Of a DNA stretch of 64,000 nt, positions 48,694-61,554 are shown in pieces. The position numbers were made by a program, and so were the translations under genes. This DNA comes from Spizellomyces punctatus DAOM BR117 (Eukaryota): assembly GCA_000182565.2 (NCBI GenBank), contig KQ257471.1. One strand, written 5' to 3'. Under the pieces are notes generated by a model. That model did not search any database. It was not told where the DNA came from and was given only the letters and a program-made list of their open reading frames with translations. Numbering within the stretch: the first letter of the stretch is position 1; the number at the start of each line of letters is the position of its first letter.

Positions 48694-51220
48694 GAAAGTT
48701 TGGCGAGTCTGTAGAGCCCGCAAAGGTCTTAGATCTAACAAAATCCTCATAGATTTTCTAATACTAGTCAAATACGCACTAGAGATTTTTCGATGCTTAT
48801 TCCCATGATTATGACTTCCTGATCCAAACCCGCATCATTTTCCCATGAATTTGGAGTCCCCGTTTCCTGGGTATGCTGGGTTGGCTCCATTGTTATACAG
48901 GATGACACAATGACAGGCTCCGTCCGAAGGATCGAATATTTGGTGGCAACACCTTGGCTTGTCAGCGATTATCAAGGACAAAGGGCTTCAAAACATTCCG
49001 TCGTTTCTTGAATGGTTTCCTCCAGAGCATGTGTCCAGTACCAATCAAACAAATATCCTCCCTTTGTTGGTGATACGCTCGCGCATTCTATTATTGATCC
49101 TCGCCTTCCTGACAGAAAGTGTTCTAATACCAGTGGTTTCGGGCGGTCAAGACCCTTAGAGATAGTGTTAGTGTGTAATGTTGCCTTCTAGTTCAGGTTT
49201 CTGCAGATCTGGCGTTCAGGGCTTCGGCGATCAAGTTCCCTGCATTCTGTCCCCTCCTCATATTTCATAATATTCGCCGTCATACGTTGGTGTCTATTAG
49301 GAAATGGCTACGTGCATTCGAAGGTGATTATATACTCTAGGACAACAAACCCATAGTCGTACGCAGCATTCAAGGTCACATGAACTTTGGAATGCTGCCA
49401 GTGGGTGTGGCCAGGAAACAAGTCATAGCCAGGTAGTGAGATGCAGTCTTCGCAGCGTTGCTCTTGTTGAGATCGACTACTACGAGACATGGGTGCCATC
49501 AGTGTTTGGTTCTATGACTTGGCCCACTAGAAGGAAGACTTTTTGCCTGGTATTCAAAAAGCTGGAACCGAGGTTTACCTGAAATTACCAATCTTGTCTC
49601 ATCACCTACGAACGCCCAAAGATTTCTCAACTCCAAGTCCGAGCCCGAAGGAACCAAACGTACCATGCCCCCCCCCAGAGGCATTTTCGATACCAAGGCG
49701 GCCAAAGTTGCCCGACAAGCTTATGGTTTGTGGGTATGCTGACGTTGGAGTACCTTCTGAATGGAATCGGAACCTAATTTTCCGTCCCACCCACCCATCG
49801 ATTGCATCGGTTGTTTGCACACGGCCATGGATGAGATACAAAGCTTCTCGACAACAGTGGGGACGCCGCCATCACCTTTGAACTAATGAAAACGTTTCTC
49901 GATGTTTCAATTTTCAACGTCCCCTTGCTGTAATCTTTTGTCCAATTGTCATTTGTTTATTAGAAAAGGTGGGGACGGCAATATTAGATTCGGCAATACA
50001 CATTTTCATGAGACCGAAAGCGGAACCGGTGAGGTAGACAACTCGTCTGTTGTGTATACAATACCGCTGGCACGCATTAATAATAACCAGAATTCCTTTT
50101 TTAAGGTTTTACGAGTGTCTGCAGTTGCGTCTACTGCTGCTGCGCTCCCATGGGAGCAGCTCTGTCACACACGGCTAATACCATGACATTCGAATTGTAC
50201 CTCTAGAAATCCGGTAAAATGAGAATTCGTTGAGGGCCCTTGGTGGAATTGAACACACTTTTGGCACAAAAAACACATTTTGAAAACTGATTGAAGATAT
50301 TCACACTTTTTAGTCAGATGATGGAATATCCATGAAATGAATGATATGCTTGAGATATACAAAATAATTCGGGACTGTATATCTGTTTTGTTAGAATGTC
50401 GAATTCGTGCTCAAGCAAGCCCCAGGAATTGTTTCACTAACTTTGTTACAACGGTCTCATCACCCTTACCTTATCTGTAATGTGGAATCTTTGAATATGA
50501 GACGCTCTCCCATTGCAAAATGATGGTTTATCGGTTCTAGTATGTCTTCGAACCGACTTGGGATATCAGAACGAAAACCTCTAGAGACATGTAAATAGCC
50601 ATGGGGAGTTGATACACAATAACCAAGTCGCTTGATAGTAAACGCCACGAAGGGAACAGTAAATACCTTAAACCACCCTATGTTAGCTTCCCTAATCCCT
50701 TAATCCGCCGCCTCAACCCTGTCCACCCTGGGCGCCCTCCCATATCGAAATTCCCAAGCCCACATCGCTGGGTCCTCTGATCCGGATAAGCGCCAGACAA
50801 CGCCTCATTGCTCATATACACACGGTCATCCTTTTAAAGGGTTCTGTTACCTTAATCTGCCCTTTCTCGCTTACGTTGTAGAGTCTTTGTGGTTCTGGGG
50901 CATGCAAATACTGTTATCTCATGGCGGTGCCATCTTGCCAGTCCGAGAATCTCCTCCATACTTACTCTCTGTTGTCATGATGAAGGTGCGTTCCAGAAAT
51001 GAACTTTTGAAGGTTTCCACATTTTTCAGGCATTGTGCACATGGTTATAAAATGAGAATGGAAACCGGATCCGTGATAACTCTATCCAGCAATTGTCGAC
51101 ATCCGAATGTTATTTGAGAAATATGTAAAGCCCTAATTAAAAATAGCGCTGAAGCTGTTCACAAGAAAAGATAAATTGATTCCATTCATGATGGAAAAAA
51201 GCACGTTTAATTCAAGCTGA

Positions 51221-51293
51221 TGCTCCCTTCGTGGATTGAACACGAGACCTTTAGATCTTCAGTCTAACGCTCTCCCAACTGAGCTAAGGAAGC
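51221..51293 (-). tRNA. tRNA-Phe(GAA)
   Basis: Reverse complement identical to the other Phe copies. Confidence 0.97.
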
Positions 51294-51451
51294 CGCTTGT
51301 AATTGGACGCAAACGCAAACAGTTATCATAAGACTAAACAATCACGTGCGATGTGCTACCTCAATAGGGACTTAGGCGGCGGAACTGGCGCGCTGGTGGG
51401 CGCTCGCGACCGGCCTCTAATTACGTTTCCACTGCGAAGTAGCAGTCTCAC

Positions 51452-52857
51452 ATGGCTGCACAAGGGGCTATCAACGATGGAGCGACTGTGCTGACGCCCA
51501 GCCACTCAACTTCTGTCTCGGCTTTATGTGTCTGGGAAGATAAATTGTACAGCGCTGGAAAGGACAAAGATATCAGAGTATGTTGATCCTCGATGCAGTT
51601 GTTGATCTAACCGCCTTCACCTAATGACTAGTACTTCAAAGGAATGGGACATTAGCAGTTTAGCCCTTTTGCGCACATTCAAGGGACATACCGGTTGGAT
51701 TCGGGCTTTAGTGGCCGGGCCATTCTATCTCTTCAGTGGCTCTTGGGATGACACAGTTAGAATATGGTCTCTGGAAACGGGTGTATGCGCGTTCGTCCTA
51801 TCCTGTCCATCTGCCAATGCTCTGTACTATGAACCAGCGACGCTTCGACTCTACTCGGGTGGCGGGTACAGCCGTGTAGTATGCGAATGGGACGTTTCGA
51901 CTGGAGTCCTTACAGGAGAGATGGAGCCTCGCGACCAACAGATTGGGGGCACAGTGGGATGTATGGTTGGAGATGGGGTGCGGCTGTTTGTAGGTATGAC
52001 CGATGGGGCTATCTCGTTGTACAATTTGGATACGGGAACAGGTATGGGGTTTTTTGATGGCCATGCAGCGGAGGTGACATCAATAGTTTTACTGGATGAA
52101 AAGTGCTACTCTAGTGGGAATGATCGGAGAATTCTGGAATGGGATGTTCCTACTGGCCAGTTGTTGCGGAGATTCGAGGGGCACGAGGCATTTGTATCTG
52201 CTTTGGCTGTTGTTCCGCCTCCAGTCTCAGACAGCGAAAGTCATGACAGTGGGCCTTTGAATGGTCAAGCAGAGGCAGATGCACATGAGGGCAAACTCAT
52301 CAGTGGAGCTTGGGACGGGACGGTGAGAGTATGGGATTTGGTCACTGGCACCGCCGAAGGATATTTGAAAGCCCATCGGCTCAGCATCAATGCGTTGGTG
52401 AACGTCAATGACAAACTCTTTACTGCTGATGCTGAAGGTGCGATCAAAAGCTGGAATTTGGGTAAGTAAGCGTGTCCAATAAGGTCCTCTCGTGCATCCG
52501 CTCATACAAGCACGTGTTTTTCCAGAATCAATCCCAGCACCGCCGCCCCATCTCGACGCAGTTGCCATCTCAATGACACCACCCCCGGCGCGGCATCTGT
52601 TTAACCCGTACGTCTTCCCTCCGCCGATGCCACCGTACTACCAAGCCTTGCCACCACATATGATGTACACCCAACATCCCAGCCAAGCCTCCGGACCCTC
52701 TACAACAAACGCACCTCAATTTCGCCCTCGCCCACCTCCACAAGGAGGACAAATATGCACGTTCTTTCTGCAGGGCCGCTGCAGATTTGGCGATGCATGT
52801 CGAAACATACATCCGCCACCTGTGGTAGACGCTAATGGGATGGGGATGGCTCTGTAA
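51452..52857 (+). CDS. WD40-repeat protein with C-terminal CCCH zinc finger
   Basis: Three exons; repeats such as GHTGWIRAL...LFSGSWDDTVRIW; Pro-rich linker; CTFFLQGRCRFGDACRNIH. Confidence 0.88.
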
Positions 52858-53947
52858 GAATCTTCCATCTAGGTATGATGCAGGAATTGGAGGTACTGGC
52901 AGGGCCGGCGAGTTGCATGGTAGTTAATGATTGCGTATTCGGTTTCGGTGTCATGGGAGGGACCGCGTGAACATGAGCTTGGTGACTGTTGAATACTCGG
53001 CATGTATTTTCGTTTTAGGTTGTAGCTCCTTGAAATTGTGGCGGGATGCATGTATAGTATATATCTATTTTTGTGTATATAGAATACGGTCGTGCCTGTC
53101 TAGTTGATGGATAAACCCGTCAGTTAATTTTCTCGTGTTGAGTGTTAACGTGTACTTGTAAAGCAAGGGGAGACGGAGCGGGAGAGCCAACGGCCCCGTG
53201 CTGGAACGTGACAGCACGTCGTCTCCCAGTACACTGCCACGCAAGGGCTTGAGTGAAAACAACTTGCGGTTGCATCGTGATACCTTGCTAATGCAAAGCA
53301 GAAAAAACAAAAAAGATGGAATGGCATTCTCATCGATCAAGGCTACCATCTCCTTGCGTTCATCAAACGAAAAAGATCTTATTGCTAAACATTTCCCGAC
53401 GGGACGTGTCAAAACTACTGTGGAGGTGGCGTGCCATTTCAGGCAAGCTGGATACATGCTGGCACCATTACAGGAAGCCAGCCACTAAAAGAAAACAAGA
53501 AAAGTAAGATCAGTCCCTAGCACGCGATAGGACGAGCCGCAATACGTTCTTTCGATACATTGGGGTGACCCAGCAGAAAAGCACAGGAAGGAGATGTCGC
53601 CGACAGGTAATGTCCTTGCTGCCTGTTCTCCAACAGACGTCTGGAGTTGACATCAACTGCACATGCCAAGGTAGCGTTAAGCTCGCCATTGTACGGGAGA
53701 TGCACGCGAAGCAACATCGATGTTCCGAATGACCAAGTATGAATACAAAAAAACGAAAAAAAAAGAAAACCAAAAAGAAAAACCAAAAGATCACAAGTCT
53801 ACACAGTGGTGAACGAGCTCTTTTTTGCTATAAAAGCAGCGAGGATTTCGTCTTTCCCAAACATCATCCTCCCAGCAACACAGCTTGTCTTGGAGTTGAA
53901 GTACCATCAAAACAAACCTTTCTTTCACTTGTCTCTATCAATTCAAA

Positions 53948-55513
53948 ATGTCCGCTGCTTCGAACTCGTTCCGCCGCAACCAGCTTTTCGATGTGTTGGA
54001 GCAAATTGAAGACGTCAGGCGCAATGAACTTGTTAACGACATCTTGGACGCCATTCAAGAGCATCAGGTGCGTTTGTTTATACACGATGGCATGTCATTA
54101 AAATTTAACATCGCGTCTGGTTCAGAACTATCAAGGCGGTCTCGGCGGTCTCGGCGGGGGTTTCCGCAATGACTTTTCCAACCGTCGTCGGGGAGGCAAT
54201 GACGTTGACCAGTTGATTGATCTTGTGCTTGGTTCTTACGGTCGCCAGGGGGCAGATGGCTGGGGAAACAACCGGTACGACAACGATGTGGTCGGTGAGG
54301 TATGCGCCTTTCTGTTGAATTACCTACCTGTTTTCTTTAAAGTCAACTAATCTGCTCTAGATCTTTGGTAACCGCGGCCGTTACGGTCTGAACAACGATC
54401 TTGAGGACATTGTCGAGCAACTCTGCGGCAATGATCGTTACGGAAGAGATTTTGGCAACAGGCCCCACGTTCTCGAGTACATTGTCAATCAGCTTGTCGG
54501 CGGCGACCGAAACAGCTTCCGTGGAAGCCAGGGCGGCAATATTCAGCAGCTGCTCCACCAGCTGCTCCGCGGTCGAAACCAGCGTGGTGGCTACGATCAG
54601 GACCAAAGGCTCAACGATGTTGCCCTTGTGATTATCAACAGGTTGATTCGCAACCTCGATGGTGACAACTCTCGCCATGGACGCTTTGAACTGGACATTC
54701 TTGATTACCTGCTGAACAACTATAACCGTGGAGGTCGCCAAGTGGACTTGTACCAAGTGATTCAACGTCTCTTCAACGGTTACGACTCGAACTCTCGGCG
54801 TCGTTTCGGCGAACACGACATTGTTAGGGAGATCTTCCGTTTGGTCAACGATGACGGCAACAGGTCCTTCTACGATGACGACCAGGATATCTACCGTGGC
54901 CGTAATTCGAACATTCTCCAAATATTGCGTCAATATTTTCGAAACCAAGAGAACGACGAAGAAGGTGGCTATCGCGACCAGCGCTTTCGGGACTTTCTCG
55001 GCGGCTTCGGAGGGATCTCCTCCGGATTCAACTCCTACGGCAGGTCGGGCGACCGCTTCCACAGGAATGACAATGTCCAAGAAATCCTTCGCGACCTCTT
55101 CGAAGGGCAAGGAAACCGCCGCCGAAACAACGGGGGAAGATTCGGCCACAACGACATTGCCGACCTCTTTGAGCAGTTCGGGCAGGAGGGCAGGCGGGGA
55201 AACTTCTTCGGCGGACGCAACAGGCGTGGCTACCAGGACATCTTCGCCGACCTTTTTGAACAGGACGACCTCCAGAGAGGATTCGGACGCGGGTACAACT
55301 CCTACGCCGGCGGATCCCTTGGGAACCGCGGCTTCTTCGGCGGTAACCGCTCCAACAACCGCTTCAACCGCTTTGGTCGCAGCAGGTTCGACGACTATGA
55401 CGCCGGGAACTCCGGCCTCTTCAACAGTTTCAACAAACAACGGAGGGTGAGTTCCTTTTCATCCCATTACTGTTTCTTTGTCGTTTTCTAATTTCTCCGA
55501 CTTATAGTTTTGA
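53948..55513 (+). CDS. low-complexity R/G/N/D/F-rich protein with repeated short amphipathic helices
   Basis: Four exons (donors at about 54068, 54300, 55447; last exon TTT TGA at 55508-55513); TATAAAA near 53830; strong codon bias; no signal peptide. Confidence 0.8.
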
Positions 55514-56038
55514 TCTGGTTCCACTACCCGCTTCTGAAGCTCAAGGCACTGTAACCACTTTGGAGAACAATTTTGCAACTGAACAACAGGATAACGAAAG
55601 TGGGAAGGTGAACTCGGGCGATGATGATGGGGAGGATTGGTATGAGTAGTTTCACAGATCTGTACATATATGATTGAAAATATATCACGAAGAATATCAT
55701 TCCAACCTCAATTTGAACTTCCTGATTGATAAGCTTGGATGCTCGTTTGTCGACAAGTGACAACCTTCACATGTTATAGTTTGCAAAGCACACATGAATT
55801 CCAAGTTACTTACTTCATGCGCAACACCTTTAGCTTTCCGGATACAAACTCAGTTAGCATTTGGCATTCCTTCCAGTGATGAAGGCAATCTTTATGCACT
55901 GTAGCCGCATAGTTGACATTGTGAGGTTCGTCATTGTCAACTTGGGCACTCTCCGCCTCTGCGTAGAAATATCTCTCTAACGATAACTTATTTTTCAGGT
56001 GTCCATATATTTACAAAAATCCAACCTAAAGATACCCA

Positions 56039-56376
56039 TCAAAGTACACCAATTTCATCATCCGGATCTGCCTCATTATTCCCTGCAACAGCATCCTTTA
56101 CACTTTGATACGCAGTATTAGCCATGTCCTTTGCAGATTGATATGCATGCGTGGCTGTGTCCTTTGCGGATTGGTATGTTGAGCTTGCTGTGGTGGATGC
56201 GCTCGTGAAGGTGGGCACAGAGGATTGCGTAGAGCTCGAGTCAGCGTTCTCGAATACGTGGCCGGCGGCAAGTTGGCGGTCGCGTTCGTTCTAGGGGATC
56301 ATATTTAATGCCTGTCTTATCAGGCAACCCAGGATAAGCCTGGACTTACCACAATTGGTGCTGATTGGGAAGACAT
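56039..56376 (-). CDS. 92-aa LEA group 3-like protein with 11-mer repeats
   Basis: Exon 56376-56350 (MSSQSAPIV, GTAAGT donor) plus exon 56290-56039 containing TASSTYQSAKD/TATHAYQSAKD/MANTAYQSVKD; not in the ORF track. Confidence 0.8.
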
Positions 56377-56824
56377 TTTGTTTCGTTTGCTTGCTTTGAA
56401 GATAAAATAAGATTTGCGTCTTATCAGAAATGTTAAATCTCTCAGAGATATTATCTTTTGAATGAGGGATTTTTTTGGGAGATGCGGGGCTTATAAGAGC
56501 TAGTGATGGCAATGACGTCAGGATGATCGGATTAATCACGGGACCTGGAGACAGACCTTAAATCACGGGGGTGGCATCGGAGACGAGTTGAAAGTTAACA
56601 TATGCGTTCATAGGTATTAGCTGAGGTGGTAACAAGAGGCAGGGCACTGACCCGAGCAAGAAGGCGTCAATGAGCGTGTAATAGGGTATACTTACATTGG
56701 GAAGACTTGGGTGAGTTTGGCAAAGTGTGATATCATCCAGGTGTAGATACTAGATACTATATAGTGTTATGTGGAAAGTGATATGGGAATAAACCAACTA
56801 CAACTAGGATAAGACCCCTTTTAT

Positions 56825-58884
56825 CTAAAACTTAACAAAACATGCCCATATGGTTCCGATAGTGCCCAGCCCAACACCCATGGCGACTACCCCCATCTCC
56901 ATAGCCCACTCCTTGGCACCCAGGAGAGGTCCAAACAACTTTAGATAGCACATACCAGGAAATACCACACAAACCGAAAAGGCAAACAAGCTCCCCATGA
57001 GAGACATGATAGAATGGAAAGTTGGAAACAGAATCGCAATGATAAGGATGAGCAAGGAGGTGAACGAGCGAAGGAGAACGCGGTGAAGGATGGGGAGGGG
57101 ATAGAGGACGTACGTAGGAAAGACTGCATGGAGGGAGTGTTCTGGAATGTTGCTTAATGAGTAAGTAAAGTTGTAGTGAGCAAAGCGGTGGCATGGCTTA
57201 CCTATCTGGACGTTGATGGGGTTCACATTGAGAGGGAACTTTGTCAGCGGGTTGATCGCCGTTAGCCAGAGCGTAACTGATGTCAAGATATGGTTGTACG
57301 AAGGAACTTGGGGAAGGTTTTGAGTAATCTAAGACGGTAGAGAGTATTATAAGAGCCGTAAAGGAAGCAATTAAAGTATTCAGAGCTACCTCTGGCATCG
57401 TAAAGTCGCCAAACATCAGATATCCACAGGCAGCTATAAATATGTACATAATCGTCGCAACCACATAGGAAACATTTAGCATATTGTTGTATTTTTCAGG
57501 CTCGGTCATGTCTCGATATATATTTGGGAAAACACTGTGACCTAAAAGTATTCGCAAACCGCATGAAAATAACCAAATATCAGCGGTCATCGAAAAAAGA
57601 AATTCGTGACAGCAACACGATCAGCTTACCGCAAAAACCAGCCATGATCAATCCAATAGCCAAGGGTACTGTCTCCCAATTTTCCGGCCAGATTCGCGTA
57701 ACAGCAGGATGGATCAAGCTTCCCGGCGTCTCTACCGTTGTTAGCCCGTCATACAGGATAATGATCATCAGATTTGACAAGGCTACGACGCCAAGTAAAC
57801 TCCCGTAGCTCGCCCATCGCAACGATGTTGGATATGTCATGGGGATGATGAGCCCAACAGCCACGCTCTTCACCACGACATGGTGCCATTCAGGAAATAG
57901 CGCTGTGATGGAATCGGAAATCAGGATAACTAGAGCTACACACGCAGCCATCAGCTCCACACAGAATAGCACGGAAATGAAGTTCCGGCCTCTGCTTCCA
58001 TATGCTAGTTCACCGATATCACCATATGTTGTTGGTCGACGGCGGAACGATGGGAATAAAGTGAGCTGTTCACCGGGTACTTTGATTTGCGGTAGAGGAG
58101 AACTGTAGTCTAAACATTTTGCCAGAAGCCGTGCGGTGTGATGGGTCATGAGGCAACATAAGGTAAGTAGAATGCCACCGACAACCCAACCGGTTATGCG
58201 GAAGGCAAACGGAAGGGAGAGGATTCCAATACCCCTGCAGAGGTCCTCCATTTAGGTTCATTTGATCCGAATGCTAGCAAGAATCAAAGCACTCACATTA
58301 GGACGTTAACTGCATTAAAAACCGTTTGAGCAAAAGTCGACATTGGCGCAGTTCCTACGTCCATCACATGTTCGTGTTCCTGCAATCTTTGCAGATCCAT
58401 ATTAATGTGAGACGTCAGATCTGAAATCTCTCATCTTTGCTTACTTTGCATCAATTTCTTCTACCCCCTCCACAGTGCCATAGTCTGTCAACAGATGCTC
58501 TCGTTCCAATGCATCCTCCACCTGTCCAACGGAGGCGACCTCAGGAGGTTCGCTCCCAATAGAATCAAATGAAGCAACGTTCCGTAGTTTGTTTACAGGT
58601 CCCGCAGCCTCTTCAAGAAATCCAGCCGAACGAGCGTAAGATGACATCCATGAACCAATGACAGCAGATGCCGTCGATCTGGACGCATAACTTGTCGAGG
58701 CAGGATTGAGTCGAAATCGACGCCGGCGGGGTGAGGATGCGTTTAGATCATCCTCGTCTTGATCTGAATGCTCATCATCTGAGGAGCTGGATGACTCCTC
58801 TGCGCACTCGTATTCTGCAACATTGTGAATAATAATCGGCACATTGTCGTCGTCGACGTCGCTTTCGGTCTGTGGGCGGCGCAT
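56825..58884 (-). CDS. amino acid transporter, AAAP/Aa_trans family (vacuolar AVT1-like)
   Basis: Acidic N-tail; STFAQTVFNAVNVL, GIGILSLPFAFRITGW, TYGDIGELAYG, GHSVFPNIYRDM, NPLTKFPL; many TM segments. Confidence 0.9.
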
Positions 58885-59270
58885 CGCGGACGACGAGCCG
58901 TAACGTTGAAAACACTCTCACCGTAACTTTATTCCATCTGACTGTGTAGGTAAGCAAGCTTTTAATCTTTTGTGTCGCTGCAAACGATTGACGTTATCGG
59001 CGGGCAAGTGCGCGATAAGAATGTCAAGCCGTGGTTCTGGCTAAGCAGAACATGTCCCGGGAATGCGGTGAACCCACGTGTCAATTTGCATGCTGCAAAT
59101 GTCAATATCAAGTAGATGTTTAGTTACTGCCCGCCGGTCAGCCCATTAAATGGGGAGCATTTAGGATTATATCTCACAGAGTCCATTCAAAAGACAGTTT
59201 AGTAGCACATATTTGGACGTCTATAAAAAAATTTGGCACATTTATACTTGATTATTCTTCCTAAAGTCCT

Positions 59271-60855
59271 TCATTTCATTTTTACACCATTCCTTGCAAC
59301 CCTTCCATGCTGATGCCTTGTAACACATTCATCACAAACTACAATGCTTTTCACCCACTCATCTTCCAAGCACTCGTCAATGGTAGCACGTCGGTCCGGA
59401 TTAGGATCTAACATTCTAGACAAGATCTGTCGAGGACCATCGGGTAATCGGTCAAAGAACTTTGAATGTCCACCGTTTTCGACATACGCCGCGTAGTGCT
59501 CGTCAGATCCTTTAGCACTATGCCAAGGGAACCGTTGAAACATCATAGCCAGGTATATGATGGCACACGCCCAAACGTCTACTTTGCGCCCGTCGTAGGA
59601 GGGTTGAGTGAACTCTTCGGGAGCCATGTACGGGCCCGATCCACATCGGCCAGTTGAGCGCCGGCATTCAGTTTCAAAAGGAGATTTGACCACGTCCGCT
59701 GACCCGAAATCGATGATTTTCAGGTGGTTATTAGAATCAAAAAGACAATTCTCTGGCTTCAGATCGCGGTGACAGACACCGATCGAGTGGAGGTACGCGA
59801 CGCCTTGCATTAGTTGAGCAAAAATGCAATTCGACTCTTCTGTTGTCATAGTGTGACTGGAGATGGCTTCAAAAAGATCACCGCCCTCACAGAGTTCCAT
59901 CACTTCGTAGCAATGACCCTTTTCGAATATAATATCCAAAGTTTCTACAACATTAGGATGATGCTAAGGAAAGTTGAATTTGAGTATCAAAATTTCAAGG
60001 TAAGTCACGAATAACTCCCTTACCAAAAGACTTCCAATACAATACTCGTTCGTCAATTTTTTCATGTACTGCCTTTGAGACTCATTTTCACGCCGACGCC
60101 TAAATTCTTTTACTGCAAACACCTTTTGATCCGTGTGACGACGAACCAGCCAGCAATTTCCATTGGCACCCTTTCCCAGGAGTTGGCAAGGCTTTCCGTA
60201 TTTCTCCTTCAGTGTACACGGGGTAGAGTTGTTGACTGGGGCAGTATTGGCGCGTATAGCTACTGGACGAGCGAATGCTGCAGCAACCTGATGTTGAGCT
60301 GCAGGAACGGTTCCATTACCAGGGGTAGTAGCACCTGGGCCGTTGCTACTATTTCTCGCATGGCCAGTATTACTGGGAGATCTGCCGAGAAATTTCTTTA
60401 TAGGACCAAGAAGCTCCAAAAAGTGTACTTTGCGTCCTCCATCGCCGGTGGGACTAGAAAAGTCGGCATGGTGGTGAGCACGCAGTGTGCAGGTGTATTT
60501 GTAGTTTGGACTCTAGCCTTCACAGCGGGTTGACGGCGACAGCCGACTACCATCCCATCATTCAACGCCCCTGTTAACGGATTCCGGTCCAATCGTTGCT
60601 TACACCGTACCTGATCCTTTCATCATTCGTGTAGGTACTATTACACGAACTCCCAGCACTTAAACCACGCTTCATTTCCTCAGGGCTATTACGGCTTCTT
60701 CTCAAAATACTCGGTGTAGGATCCGCAAAGTGACGCTTCTCCACTAATGGGCCTTGAACACCCACAACGCCATTTGATCTCTCTGCAGCAGGCGCAGCCG
60801 CCTGGTTGGACGAGGATGACGACGAACGCATTGATACAAGGGCCGAGGCCGCCAT
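59271..60855 (-). CDS. Ser/Thr protein kinase, HAL/Npr1/Hrk1 family
   Basis: LGKGANG, FAVKEFRRR..E...Y.KKLTNEYCIGSL, VMELCEGGDLF, HRDLKPEN, IIDFG, CGSGPYMAPEE, DVWAC; three exons. Confidence 0.92.
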
Positions 60856-61554
60856 GTGTTAAGACGATATTACAGAGTCAGATAATTCTAAGATGTCGAG
60901 TATAAGGAACTGTGTGTGCAAACACACAGAGACGGGAGAGCACGGTATTCCCTCTTTTAAAAGAGGCAATAGTTCAGCATAGCGAGCAAGCCAACTTGTA
61001 AATGGAACCCCAACGAGAGCAAGAGAAACGAACAAAACGCGAACAGAGAGACGTAATGACGAGAGGGAACAGCAAACGCCGACGCGAGACAAGCCGCCCA
61101 ACAACAAGGAGAGGGGCTGTCCACACGTTCCCCAGAACGTCAACACAGATGAAGGGTAAACGTTGAAAACAAAAACAGATTCAAAAAGTCCGAAGCGAGA
61201 GAGAACGGGAGAAAAGGGAAAATAAATGGTGTAAGCAAAAGCGTAGGGCCACAAAGATTGCCAAGTTGAGCTGAGCGGCAAGAAAGGAGATTTTTGACCC
61301 CATTGAATGCTTGGTTTGATGCATGTCACATGTCAAGTAACACGCGCGCAGTCGTCTGTGCTTAGAGTGTTGAACAACTACGAATTCGCTTTGGCATGAA
61401 AAGTTAATTTCACGAGCAGCTCCCTTCTGCTACAATTTTACATACAATCATGATCATGAAAATTTAAAATGCAACGGAAATACAGGATCACTGCACAAGT
61501 TGTGACAGCATAAATCAACTAATTGATATTCTATGACATTGACGCTTTTGTGTT

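Noticed and set aside
48900-50650. Short ORFs that might be a degenerate gene or transposon
   Set aside because: No RT, integrase, transposase or other motif recognised; no terminal repeats seen.
50690-50730. CCCTAA-like motifs
   Set aside because: Too degenerate and short to call telomeric repeat.
54343-55440. 365-aa antisense ORF, also those at 16107-16898 and 32469-33053
   Set aside because: Shadow ORFs produced by strong codon bias and repeats of the sense genes; splice signals and TATA boxes support the opposite strand.
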